From Rickettsiales bacterium (lineage in GTDB: Bacteria > Pseudomonadota > Alphaproteobacteria > Rickettsiales > UBA3002), in NCBI GenBank assembly GCA_044351685.1, contig JBILFK010000002.1, positions 1 through 33,040 of the forward strand: a stretch of DNA of 33,040 nt. Direction: 5' to 3'. Of the stretch, positions 9,239-17,325 are shown in pieces. Position numbers and translations under genes: made by a program. Under the pieces are notes generated by a model. It worked only from the letters and a program-made list of their open reading frames with translations. It did no database searches and was not told where the DNA came from. The number at the start of each line of letters is the position of its first letter. Positions within the stretch are counted from its first letter, which is position 1.

Positions 9239-9276
9239 CCCCGCCTATCGCGCACGCGATTGCGGGGTTTTCTTTG
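9239..9276 (+). terminator. rho-independent terminator
   Basis: Hairpin CCCCGC-CT-ATCGCG-CA-CGCGAT-T-GCGGGG followed by TTTTCTTTG. Confidence 0.7.
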
Positions 9277-9299
9277 CCAGAAATTCGCATTTCCTATTA

Positions 9300-9328
9300 T
9301 TGACAAATTTTGTTGGTTATATTATATT
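9300..9328 (+). promoter_or_regulatory. sigma70-type promoter (TTGACA-17 nt-TATATT)
   Basis: Consensus -35 TTGACA at 9300..9305, an exact 17-nt spacer, and -10 TATATT at 9323..9328. This sits about 135 nt upstream of the DUF465-like CDS. Confidence 0.5.
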
Positions 9329-9338
9329 TCACTTACGA

Positions 9339-9463
9339 ACCGGGCCCCTCTGGCGCTTCATGGTGAAACGCGATGTCGGATCGTATCGGGAAATGCCCGG
9401 TGCAGATCTGATGCTATTTCAAAATTTGCGATGGGTGTTTTCCTCAACTTTTTAAGGAGGAAA
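9339..9463 (+). promoter_or_regulatory. structured 5' leader with an anti-SD / SD hairpin (candidate translational riboregulator or RNA thermometer)
   Basis: A 7-bp closing helix pairs ACCGGGC (9339..9345) with GCCCGGT (9395..9401) and encloses hairpin GCGCTTCA-TGG-TGAAACGC. TTTCCTC (9439..9445) is perfectly complementary to GAGGAAA (9457..9463), which is the ribosome-binding site. Confidence 0.4.
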
Positions 9464-9465
9464 CT

Positions 9466-9705
9466 ATGTCGTTACGTACAGTGAAATATCTTAAATCGCT
9501 ACTTATCAAATCTGCGGTGGTGCAGATGGAAATTGAGCACGAACAAAAAAAGAAATTCCCGAACTGGCTACGCATAATCATGCTGAAAAAGCAGCGCCTG
9601 CTTATTAAAGATAAACTGGTGCAACTGCGCAGATCTTACCGCGAAAACAAGGCAAAACGAAAACGCGAGGCAACGCTCAAGCGTGTGCATTTCTGCATGA
9701 ATTAA
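9466..9705 (+). CDS. DUF465 (YdcH-like) family small protein
   Basis: 79 aa with a strong AAGGAGG RBS. The segment LKKQRLLIKDKLVQL matches the LKKxKLxLKDE signature of YdcH/DUF465 proteins as I recall it. Confidence 0.6.
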   Translation: MSLRTVKYLKSLLIKSAVVQMEIEHEQKKKFPNWLRIIMLKKQRLLIKDKLVQLRRSYRENKAKRKREATLKRVHFCMN

Positions 9706-9734
9706 CGGGTAACACAGGCAAGCAGCGGTGAGGG

Positions 9735-11012
9735 TTATATCGCGTAATTCTCGCCGTATTCTTCCTGCGTGGCGGCCAGCGCTGCCAGCGCCGCCACTAA
9801 CCCAAACGCACCAAAACTGCATTCCGGCATGGCCACCGCGCCTGTGTGTGCTGCGGCTTCGGTTTCGTCGCACATCGGGGCAAAATACATGCCGCTGGCA
9901 TTGAGATTGCCTTCGCTATCGCGCTCGCGGTTCACGCGGTAAGCCCCGCCAACCGCAACGCCGCGCACCAGATACAGCATCGGTTCGGCAGCAAATCCAT
10001 CGACAGTGCACGCAGTGGGCACACCTTCCTGAATAATCACTTCGGTGCTTTGCACGCCTTCCTTGATGGTGCTCATTTTGTTGCGGCCTTTTTTGTTGAT
10101 TTCCATCACCTCGTCGCCCGAATGCGCGGTCATGATACCCATGCCGTAAGTTCCCGCATCGGATTTAATAAACACATACGGGTTCTGGGTAATGCCATAA
10201 CGCGTATAATGCGCGCGCACCCGCGCCAGCACGCGTTCCACGCCGAGTGCCACACATTCAAGCCCTTGCCGGTCAGCAAAGTTTACGTGCCCGCAGCGGT
10301 GCGTTTCAGTGGTGAGCAACCACGGGTCGATGTCAAACGTGAGTGCGAATTCGGTAGCGATTTTATCGTACGCATCAAAATGAATTGATTTGCGCCGACG
10401 ATGCCAGCCCAGCCCCGGGCGCGGTGCAATCGGCTGCGTGATACCGCGCAAAATTTCCGGCAGGCCACTGGTGAGATCGTTATTCAGCAGAATTAAATCC
10501 GGCACAAAGCCGGTGCTGGTGCTTAAGCGATTGCCTTCCTTGAGCAGCGGATATTGCGTAAGCGGCGTGCCGCCCGCACTCACCAGTTGCAACGGTTCAC
10601 CTTCGGCAAGCAAACTGCCAATTTCCACCGCCACACCGGCTGCCTGCAATATCAATTGCAGCACCACCAGATTTTCAAGATAGTTTAAATTACGCGTATG
10701 GTTTTCGGGAATTACCAGCACGCGCTTTACGCCATTTTTTGCAAAACAGCGCTGCATTTGCGCGGCTGCACGCACGCGCGCTGCTGCCGATAAATTATTG
10801 AATCCGGCAGGGAATAAATTGGTATCGACGGGTGCTAGTTTGAATCCGGCATGGCGCAGATCGACCGAGCTGTAAAACGGTGCGCCAAAAATCTCGCGCT
10901 GGTTTTCAAGCCAATCCTGCACGGCGGCTTCGCGCTGTTTCAGTAACGTATCAAGCTGCTGAACAACGCGTGTTTGTGGTGTTTCAGTGGGGCGTGAAAT
11001 GCGGGCGCTCAT
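9735..11012 (-). CDS. gshA: glutamate--cysteine ligase (proteobacterial GshA-type family)
   Basis: 425 aa. The N-terminal block FYSSVDLRHAGFKLAPVDTNLFPAGFNNL is recalled as characteristic of the GshA-type gamma-glutamylcysteine synthetase family. The start overlaps the rsmE 3' end by 29 nt. Confidence 0.7.
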   Translation of the reverse strand: MSARISRPTETPQTRVVQQLDTLLKQREAAVQDWLENQREIFGAPFYSSVDLRHAGFKLAPVDTNLFPAGFNNLSAAARVRAAAQMQRCFAKNGVKRVLVIPENHTRNLNYLENLVVLQLILQAAGVAVEIGSLLAEGEPLQLVSAGGTPLTQYPLLKEGNRLSTSTGFVPDLILLNNDLTSGLPEILRGITQPIAPRPGLGWHRRRKSIHFDAYDKIATEFALTFDIDPWLLTTETHRCGHVNFADRQGLECVALGVERVLARVRAHYTRYGITQNPYVFIKSDAGTYGMGIMTAHSGDEVMEINKKGRNKMSTIKEGVQSTEVIIQEGVPTACTVDGFAAEPMLYLVRGVAVGGAYRVNRERDSEGNLNASGMYFAPMCDETEAAAHTGAVAMPECSFGAFGLVAALAALAATQEEYGENYAI

Positions 11013-11724
11013 GCCAATCTCCGAAATGCTGCGCGGTGATGGCTAGCAGTGTAAAGCATGCCGTATCCGCACGTAAAATACGTGGACCCAGAGCCACACC
11101 CCTAGCGCATTTTTTGCGTTGCAGCAAGTGAAACTCTTCCGGCGTAAAGCCACCTTCCGGGCCAATCAGCACGCCCCATGCAGCGGGTTTTTCGCCAGAT
11201 GCAGTGGGCAGCGCGGCGCTGTTGCCGGATTCATCGCCGTAAAATAATGGCTGCGCTTCTGGCCATGCGCCAAGCAGGGTGGGTAGGGTTTGCATGGGCA
11301 ATATTTCTGGCACATCGAAGCGCTCGCTTTGTTCAGCAGCTTCGCGGGCGATAAGTGCTAAGCGTTCGGCATTCACGCTGGTAACAATGGTGCGCTGGGT
11401 TTTAACGGGCTGAATGGCGCGCACGCCAAGTTCAGTAGCTTTTTCGATAATCACTTCGGTGCGCCCGCCTTTAATGAGCGCAAAACACAATGTAAGCGGC
11501 AAGGAAGGGCGTGCTGTGGCGCGCTGCGAAACGCAGTGCGCACCCAGAGTTTTTTTGCTGGGCTGCGATAAATTCGCCTGCCACTCGCCATCGCGGCCGT
11601 TAAACAGATACACGCTGTCGCCAGCATTGCGCCGCATGACATGCAGTAAATAATGCGCGGTGGTTTCAGGGAGAATGATTTCTGCACCTTCGTGCAGCGC
11701 CGCGTCGCAGAAAATTCTGCTCAT
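10984..11724 (-). CDS. rsmE: 16S rRNA (uracil1498-N3)-methyltransferase RsmE
   Basis: 246 aa. N-terminal PUA-like HYLLHVMRRNAGDSVYLFNG and a C-terminal SPOUT-like LIGPEGGFTPEE motif. An ATGA overlap joins it to the hisA stop. Confidence 0.85.
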   Translation of the reverse strand: MSRIFCDAALHEGAEIILPETTAHYLLHVMRRNAGDSVYLFNGRDGEWQANLSQPSKKTLGAHCVSQRATARPSLPLTLCFALIKGGRTEVIIEKATELGVRAIQPVKTQRTIVTSVNAERLALIAREAAEQSERFDVPEILPMQTLPTLLGAWPEAQPLFYGDESGNSAALPTASGEKPAAWGVLIGPEGGFTPEEFHLLQRKKCARGVALGPRILRADTACFTLLAITAQHFGDWHERPHFTPH

Positions 11725-12446
11725 GCGTTTACCAGTGCCAGCGCTTCGCGCGCATCAATTTTTTGTTCGTAAAGCGCTTTGCCGATCACGATACCGGCAA
11801 TGTTTTTTGCAGGGTGCGCCAGCACCTGTTGAATATCGGCAAGCCCACTGATACCGCCCGAAAGAATCACCGGAATGCTAACACTGCCTGCGAGTGCGGC
11901 AGTTTCTTCGATATTCGCGCCGGCAAGCGTGCCATCGCGCGCGATATCGGTGTAAATAATGCCGGCGATACCGGCATCTTCAAAATGCTTGGCGAGTTCG
12001 CGCGCCGAAAGTTCCGATGCTTTCACCCAACCTTCGGTGGCCACCATGCCATCGCGCGCATCGATGCCCACCATGATCTGCCCGGGAAACGCGCGCGCCA
12101 CTTCCTTCACCAGCGCCGGTTTGGTAAGTGCCACCGTGCCTAAAATCACCCGTGTTACCCCTACTTCCAGCCAGGTTTCCACCGCCGCGCGTGAACGTAT
12201 GCCGCCACCCAGCTGCACCGGTAGGGCGGTGTGTTCGAGAATTGCCAGCACGGCCTGATGGTTGGTCGATTCGCCACTCACGGCACCATCTAAATCCACC
12301 ACATGCAACGCATCAAACCCAACACTCGCGAAGCGTTGGGCCTGTGCCACCGGGTTTTCGTTGTAAATGGTGGCCTGCGCCATATTGCCTTTGAACAGGC
12401 GCACGCATTTGCCTTCTTTCAGATCAATCGCGGGGTAGAGTTTCAT
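11721..12446 (-). CDS. hisA: 1-(5-phosphoribosyl)-5-[(5-phosphoribosylamino)methylideneamino]imidazole-4-carboxamide isomerase HisA
   Basis: ORF 11721..12836 is trimmed to the ATG at 12446 (MKLYPAIDLKEGKCVRL...), the canonical HisA N-terminus. The upstream extension is low-complexity and Arg-rich. Confidence 0.9.
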   Translation of the reverse strand: MKLYPAIDLKEGKCVRLFKGNMAQATIYNENPVAQAQRFASVGFDALHVVDLDGAVSGESTNHQAVLAILEHTALPVQLGGGIRSRAAVETWLEVGVTRVILGTVALTKPALVKEVARAFPGQIMVGIDARDGMVATEGWVKASELSARELAKHFEDAGIAGIIYTDIARDGTLAGANIEETAALAGSVSIPVILSGGISGLADIQQVLAHPAKNIAGIVIGKALYEQKIDAREALALVNA

Positions 12447-12979
12447 ATCACATCCGAAATCGGGGCGAGTTGTTTGTAAAAGAAATGCCCAGCCACCATG
12501 CTGGCATTCACCAGCTCGTAATAGGGCATGGTACCCCATTCGGTATAGCCCGCTTCGCGGTAAATGGTCAGTGCGCGTTCCTGTGTTTCGCGCACCGAAA
12601 GACGAATCAGCGAAAAGCCATCTTTGGCGGCTTCGCGTTCGGCCATTTCCAAAAGGTCTTTGGCAAGCCCGTGCCCGCGCGCCCATGGCGCCACAAAATG
12701 CGCTTCCACATCGCAAGCGAAGGCAGAAGTTTCTTTGTTTTTGCTGGGGCGCAATAATTGTATGGAAGCCGCAAGCGTGCCATCGAGCCGGCCACCAAGC
12801 ACCGTGCGTGAAGGCACCAGCAAGGCGCCTTTCCAATAGGCTTCCAGCACTTCGCGCATGGGCGGCACCACCCAGTTAAAGCCAATGCCATCTTTAATGG
12901 CATCTTCGGTCGCACGGCAGAGATCTTCAAGATCAGCGACCGAAAGCGCGGTAAGTTTTTCAACAGCAATGCTAGCCAT
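12443..12979 (-). CDS. GNAT family N-acetyltransferase embedded between hisH and hisA
   Basis: 178 aa. The acetyl-CoA binding-type block is VAPWARGHGLAKDLLEMAEREA (R/Q-x-x-G-x-G/A). The stop overlaps the hisA ATG (ATGA), and the start codon abuts the hisH stop. Confidence 0.8.
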   Translation of the reverse strand: MASIAVEKLTALSVADLEDLCRATEDAIKDGIGFNWVVPPMREVLEAYWKGALLVPSRTVLGGRLDGTLAASIQLLRPSKNKETSAFACDVEAHFVAPWARGHGLAKDLLEMAEREAAKDGFSLIRLSVRETQERALTIYREAGYTEWGTMPYYELVNASMVAGHFFYKQLAPISDVI

Positions 12980-13618
12980 TTATGCTGCACCTTTCTGCTG
13001 CACAAAATGTTGCAGCATTGTAAGCCCCGTCGCCTGACTTTTTTCGGGGTGGAATTGCGTGGCGACAATATTTTCCCGCGCCACCATTGCCACAAGGCTA
13101 CCCCCATAGTCAACCGTCGCAAGAATATCTGCCGCATCAACATTCACGGCATGAAACGAATGCACAAAATATGCATAGGAATCGGCACTGATACCATAGC
13201 GCCGCGCCGAAGCAGCCTGCATGGGGCACAGCTTATTCCAGCCCATATGTGGCACGGGCAGGGCAGGATTATTAGGGGCAAGCTGTACCACTTCGCCCGC
13301 AAGCCAGCCAAGCCCTGCATGCATGCCGTGTTCGTGGCTGCGGGTGAACAGCATTTGCATACCCACACAGATACCAAAAAACGGTTTGCGCGCACCTAGC
13401 ACTTCGCACTCCAGCGCATCGCGCATGCCGGGCAGGGCATTCAGCCCGCCCATACAATCGGCGAATGCGCCTACACCGGGCAGCACGATATGGCTGGCGT
13501 CGCGCAGCATCGCCGCATCCTGCGTCACAGTGATGGTATGTTCCGGCGCAACGGCTGCAAAGGCTTTGCGTACCGAGTGTAAATTCCCCGCGCCGCAATC
13601 AATGATGGTAATGGTCAT
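12980..13618 (-). CDS. hisH: imidazole glycerol phosphate synthase glutamine amidotransferase subunit HisH
   Basis: ITIIDCGAGNLHSVRKAF, nucleophile elbow GICVGMQML, and QFHPEKS. Confidence 0.9.
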   Translation of the reverse strand: MTITIIDCGAGNLHSVRKAFAAVAPEHTITVTQDAAMLRDASHIVLPGVGAFADCMGGLNALPGMRDALECEVLGARKPFFGICVGMQMLFTRSHEHGMHAGLGWLAGEVVQLAPNNPALPVPHMGWNKLCPMQAASARRYGISADSYAYFVHSFHAVNVDAADILATVDYGGSLVAMVARENIVATQFHPEKSQATGLTMLQHFVQQKGAA

Positions 13619-14010
13619 GCGGCAGGCACAGCCATGCTGCGATCCAGGTAGCGCTGTTCGGCTAGCAGCGGCGAAGGGGCAATCACCACATCGCGTAGCG
13701 TATAACCGTAGCGCTCCAGTTGCATCCGTTCAATATCGTGTGCCACACACCCCAGCCAAAGTTGCAGGGCAAGCTGCAGCGCAGCAATCGCCGCGGTTGG
13801 CAGTAAGCCCGAACTACCCAGCGCAATTAAGCAGCCATAGAGCGGTGCAAACAGCAGCAGGCCCAGCCATTGGCGATTATATAACAGCCACAGCCCATGC
13901 AGCAAAAACGCCCAGAAGCAAAACCCTTCGAGCACTAGCCGTACATCTTCGTCCGATGCATCGTCTTCGCGCGCGTAAACGGTAAATAATTCTGCCGGTG
14001 CATTAAACAT
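13615..14010 (-). CDS. small membrane protein (DUF2628-like) conserved between hisB and hisH in alphaproteobacteria
   Basis: 131 aa with two or three hydrophobic helices. A 4-nt overlap joins it to the hisH start. The position matches the hisB-DUF2628-hisH synteny I recall. The family call comes from context more than from sequence motifs. Confidence 0.55.
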   Translation of the reverse strand: MFNAPAELFTVYAREDDASDEDVRLVLEGFCFWAFLLHGLWLLYNRQWLGLLLFAPLYGCLIALGSSGLLPTAAIAALQLALQLWLGCVAHDIERMQLERYGYTLRDVVIAPSPLLAEQRYLDRSMAVPAA

Positions 14011-14013
14011 GAG

Positions 14014-14613
14014 TTATGCCTGTGTAAGAACACCTTTGGTGGAGGGCACTTGCCCGGCCTTGCGGGCATCGAGCGTGATCGCTTCGCGCAGCGCGCGCGC
14101 CAGCCCTTTGAAACAGGATTCGACGATATGGTGATTATTTACGCCATAAAGATTTTCAATATGCAATGTGGTGCCCGATTGCTGCGCGAAGGCCTGAAAC
14201 CATTCGCGGAATAGTTCGGTATCCATATCGCCGAGTTTGGGTTTGCTGAATTCTACCTTCCACACAAAATAGGGGCGGCCCGATAAATCGAGTGCTACGC
14301 GGGTGAGGGTTTCATCCATCGGTGAAAGTGCGCTACCAAAGCGCGTAATCCCCGCACGCTCGCCCAGCGCATCGGCAATCGCTTTGCCAATGGCAAGGCC
14401 GGTATCTTCGGTGGTGTGGTGAAAATCGATATGCAGATCGCCTTTGGCCTTCACCGTCAGGTCGATCAGCGAATGTTTGGAAAGCTGCTCGAGCATATGG
14501 TCAAGGAAGCCGATACCCGTGGAAATATCATAGGTTCCGGTGCCGTCGAGATTGACGGTGACGGAAATTGCGGTCTCTTTGGTGGAGCGTTCCACTGTGG
14601 CAATGCGTGACAT
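14014..14613 (-). CDS. hisB: imidazoleglycerol-phosphate dehydratase HisB
   Basis: 199 aa, with [12 protein letters not shown] and HHTTED / NNHHIVES histidine-rich metal motifs. Confidence 0.9.
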   Translation of the reverse strand: MSRIATVERSTKETAISVTVNLDGTGTYDISTGIGFLDHMLEQLSKHSLIDLTVKAKGDLHIDFHHTTEDTGLAIGKAIADALGERAGITRFGSALSPMDETLTRVALDLSGRPYFVWKVEFSKPKLGDMDTELFREWFQAFAQQSGTTLHIENLYGVNNHHIVESCFKGLARALREAITLDARKAGQVPSTKGVLTQA

Positions 14614-14665
14614 AGGCGCGTTGTAGCGCAGGTGCAGCGCTGCGTCAAACGCGTTATCGCGGTGT

Positions 14666-15334
14666 TTATGCTGCCGAAGGCGTTAGTGTGGCGTGCGATG
14701 CCACCCAGATTTTGCGGTTTTGTGCGATATCGCGCCGCAATCTGTCGGTAATCAGCTGAATCCAGTTACGCCCGGCAAGTTTGGCCGCACGCGCACGTTG
14801 CCAGCAGGCATAGAGTGCGGTGTCACGCAGGCTATGTTCGCGCGCTTCCCACACGCCCAATGCTTGTGCGATACGCGCCAATTTGGTTTCCAGCGCCGCA
14901 AGTGTCACGCTTGGTGCATCTACGGGGGGCGGCAACATTTCCAGCTCAATACGTAGCAGCCCGGCCAAATCATTGGCCTCATAGGCGCGCTGTACCTGTG
15001 CTAAGGTTTCCGATGCATCGCGCTCGGCCACATCGGGGTGCAGCGTTTTCATCAGCTGGCGGTAGGTGGTTTTCATCGCCTGCGTGCGTTCACTTGAAAT
15101 TTCGGTAAGGTCAGCGAGCGTGGTAATTTCGGTGCCAGCGGATTCAGAAAATGCCAGCGCCATTTCGCCCAACGCATCAAAATAGGCTTCGGCAAAACTG
15201 GCCAGTTCACGTTCCAGCTGCAGCGTGCGCCGCGCGATGGTTTCAAGCTCATCGAGCCCTTGGCGAATAGCAATGCGCAGCCGCAGTTTTTCCTGCAGGG
15301 CGGTACGATCGGAAAGCAGTGCGTGTGACATCAT
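14666..15334 (-). CDS. J-domain-like protein with an internal HPD motif
   Basis: [12 protein letters not shown]...[10 protein letters not shown] resembles DnaJ helix II, the HPD loop and helix III, but sits mid-protein and is flanked by coiled-coil-like segments. The start is set at MMSHALL; the ORF extends to 15376. Confidence 0.55.
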   Translation of the reverse strand: MMSHALLSDRTALQEKLRLRIAIRQGLDELETIARRTLQLERELASFAEAYFDALGEMALAFSESAGTEITTLADLTEISSERTQAMKTTYRQLMKTLHPDVAERDASETLAQVQRAYEANDLAGLLRIELEMLPPPVDAPSVTLAALETKLARIAQALGVWEAREHSLRDTALYACWQRARAAKLAGRNWIQLITDRLRRDIAQNRKIWVASHATLTPSAA

Positions 15335-15440
15335 CGTTACGATTCCAGAACGATGCCAAAAACACCAGAGAAACAAACGGTTTTAGAGAGCCCACCCCGC
15401 GATCTTTTGCCGGGCGTTGCAGCTGCGCCACCATCCACGC

Positions 15441-15469
15441 TTTACAAGCGCGAGGCGGCTGGCTATCAG
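15441..15469 (+). promoter_or_regulatory. candidate promoter for tRNA-Thr (TTTACA-17 nt-TATCAG)
   Basis: The -35 and -10 hexamers have a 17-nt spacer and end about 10 nt upstream of the mature tRNA 5' end. Confidence 0.35.
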
Positions 15470-15479
15470 GGGGGCGTGT

Positions 15480-15554
15480 GCCGCTTTAGCTCAGGGGTAG
15501 AGCAACCGCCTTGTAAGCGGTAGGTCATCCGTTCAAATCGGATAAGCGGCACCA
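15480..15554 (+). tRNA. tRNA-Thr (anticodon UGU), CCA encoded
   Basis: Manual cloverleaf: acceptor GCCGCTT/AAGCGGC, D arm GCTC-AGGGGTA-GAGC, anticodon arm ACCGC-CTTGTAA-GCGGT, T arm ATCCG-TTCAAAT-CGGAT, discriminator A, then CCA. Confidence 0.9.
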
Positions 15555-15573
15555 TGCTTCGCGTTTATTCCAT

Positions 15574-15656
15574 GCGCCCAGAATTTTCTCCTGAAAATTC
15601 TATGGCGCGCCGCTTCGCGGGCCCATGGCTGTCTCGGCCTGCTGGCCTCGAATAAC
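15574..15656 (-). repeat. structured intergenic repeat, copy B (type II 3' module)
   Basis: The reverse complement reads TTATTCGA-GGCC-AGCA-GGCC-GAGACAGCCATGGGC-CCGC-GAA-GCGG-CGCGCC-AT-AGAATTTT-CAGGAG-AAAATTCT-GGGCGC. Confidence 0.7.
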
Positions 15657-15696
15657 GTGGTGGTGCTTCGCTTACGCTTCAGATGATTGGAAATGC

Positions 15697-16746
15697 ATGA
15701 CGATTTTAGTAACAGGCGGTGCCGGATTTATCGGCAGTAATTTTGCAGCGCGCTGGTGTGCGGCGAGTGATGAGCCCATCGTCAATCTCGATGCACTCAC
15801 CTATGCCGGCAACCGCCATAATTTGCGCAGCTTGGAAAATAATCCGCGCCACCAGTTTGTGCATGGCGATATTCGTGATGGCGCGCTGGTTGCACAGTTA
15901 CTGCGCGAACATCACGTGCGCGCTATGGTGCATTTTGCCGCTGAAAGCCATGTCGATCGTTCGCTTGCCGCACCCGGCGAGTTCGTAGATACCAATATTG
16001 TTGGCACCTTCCGCTTGCTCGAAGCAGCGCAAAATTATCTGGCAGAAACGCCGCGGGATTTCCGCTTTTTACATGTTTCTACCGATGAAGTGTATGGCAC
16101 GCTCGCACCCGATGCGCCTGCATTCACCGAAGCCACACCGTATGCACCGAACAGCCCCTATGCGGCGAGCAAGGCCGCTTCCGACCATTTGGTGCGCAGC
16201 TATTTTCACAGCTACGGCGTGCCCACGCTTACTTCGCACTGCTCGAATAATTTTGGCCCGTATCAGTTCCCTGAAAAACTGATTCCGCTATGCATCACGC
16301 GGGCGCTTGCGGGCCAAAAACTGCCCATTTACGGCGATGGGTTGCAGGTGCGCGATTGGCTCTATGTGCATGATCACTGCGATGCGCTGATGCAGATATT
16401 AGAAAAAGGCTCACCCGGCGAAACCTATAATGTCGGCGCGCACGCCGAAAAAACCAACCTCGCACTGGTGCAGAATTTATGCGCGATACTCGATAGAGTA
16501 TCGCCGCGCAGCGATGGTGCAGCCTATGCCGAACAAATTGCGTTTGTGGCCGATCGCCCCGGCCACGATCGGCGCTACGCGATCAACGCCGGTAAATTGC
16601 AGCGCGAACTGGGCTGGAAACCGGCAACGCCATTTGATGCCGCACTTGAAGCCACCGTGGCGTGGTATCTGCAGCATAGCGATTGGCTAGCAAATATTAC
16701 TAGTGGCGAGTATCGCCATTGGGTAGCGCAGCATTACGGCACATAA
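15697..16746 (+). CDS. rfbB: dTDP-glucose 4,6-dehydratase
   Basis: Trimmed to the ATG at 15697 (MTILVTGGAGFIGSNF). Catalytic YAASKAASD (YxxxK). Extended-SDR length of 349 aa. No rfbA, rfbC or rfbD is adjacent. Confidence 0.9.
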   Translation: MTILVTGGAGFIGSNFAARWCAASDEPIVNLDALTYAGNRHNLRSLENNPRHQFVHGDIRDGALVAQLLREHHVRAMVHFAAESHVDRSLAAPGEFVDTNIVGTFRLLEAAQNYLAETPRDFRFLHVSTDEVYGTLAPDAPAFTEATPYAPNSPYAASKAASDHLVRSYFHSYGVPTLTSHCSNNFGPYQFPEKLIPLCITRALAGQKLPIYGDGLQVRDWLYVHDHCDALMQILEKGSPGETYNVGAHAEKTNLALVQNLCAILDRVSPRSDGAAYAEQIAFVADRPGHDRRYAINAGKLQRELGWKPATPFDAALEATVAWYLQHSDWLANITSGEYRHWVAQHYGT

Positions 16747-17223
16747 TTAGCCGACAATTTTTTCCATCGTCACTTCATAGGGCGCAAAGCCAATGGCGCG
16801 GTAAAGCGCAAGTGCAGCAGGATTATTCGCCAGCCCCACAATGCGAATGCGCGTGGCGCCCGATGCCTCGAGCCGTTTCAACATCTCGTGCACCAGCAGG
16901 CTGCCAATGCCTTTGCGCCTATGGTCGGGCAGAATATATAAATCAAAAATCAGGCTGTAATGTTGCCATTCGGGCAGAAAAAACGGGCTGGCATCCAGTG
17001 CATGTGCGCCGCCCACATGGCCAATAATCTGGCCGTGCTGCTCGGCCACCAAAATAATTCCCTGCCGCGCATGGATCATTTCCCATGCCACGCCGCGTAT
17101 CGCTTCGCCGCGCTGGCGGCTGGGGTGAAAGCTGGCTTCTTCTTCCTGCGAGGCTACCTGATTGGCAATCACCGTTTCCTTATCGGCATCGGTGGCAGTG
17201 CGAATGATGAGATTGTTTTGCAT
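16747..17223 (-). CDS. GNAT family N-acetyltransferase
   Basis: 158 aa. LYILPDHRRKGIGSLLVHEMLKRLE matches the (Q/R)xxGxG/A acetyl-CoA motif. It is convergent with rfbB with no spacer. Confidence 0.8.
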   Translation of the reverse strand: MQNNLIIRTATDADKETVIANQVASQEEEASFHPSRQRGEAIRGVAWEMIHARQGIILVAEQHGQIIGHVGGAHALDASPFFLPEWQHYSLIFDLYILPDHRRKGIGSLLVHEMLKRLEASGATRIRIVGLANNPAALALYRAIGFAPYEVTMEKIVG

Positions 17224-17325
17224 AAGCGTGATTATGCAGCAGTGATGGCGATAAGAAAGCGTTTTTTCTTCATCCTATAAAAAGCACACCGAAGCCAAAG
17301 GCTGAGGGACTTTTTAAAGAGAGCA

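Noticed and set aside
9339-9401. ZTP (pfl)-like riboswitch, suggested by CUCUGGCG and ACCGGG strings in the DUF465 leader.
   Set aside because: The downstream CCGCCUGGGC pseudoknot partner and the conserved P1/P2 arrangement are absent. The resemblance is limited to short strings.
12447-12836. N-terminal extensions offered by the ORF track: hisA to 12836, mnmC to 2588, rfbB from 15625, UPF0262 to 22947, infA to 22330, hisF from 19559, and the J-domain ORF to 15376.
   Set aside because: The extensions overlap neighbouring genes or repeat elements and have aberrant composition. Internal start codons reproduce the canonical family N-termini, for example MKLYPAIDLK, MTILVTGGAGFIGS and [11 protein letters not shown].
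13221-13985. Long ORFs antisense to well-supported genes. These are 13221..13985(+) opposite hisH and the DUF2628-like ORF, 19745..20443(-) opposite hisF, 21195..21725(-) opposite maf and the repeats, and 32011..32673(+) opposite mtgA and the small charged ORF.
   Set aside because: Their translations are Arg/Ala/Cys/His-rich and low-complexity with no recognisable motifs. The opposite strand encodes proteins with unmistakable family signatures. These are typical shadow ORFs in moderately GC-rich DNA.
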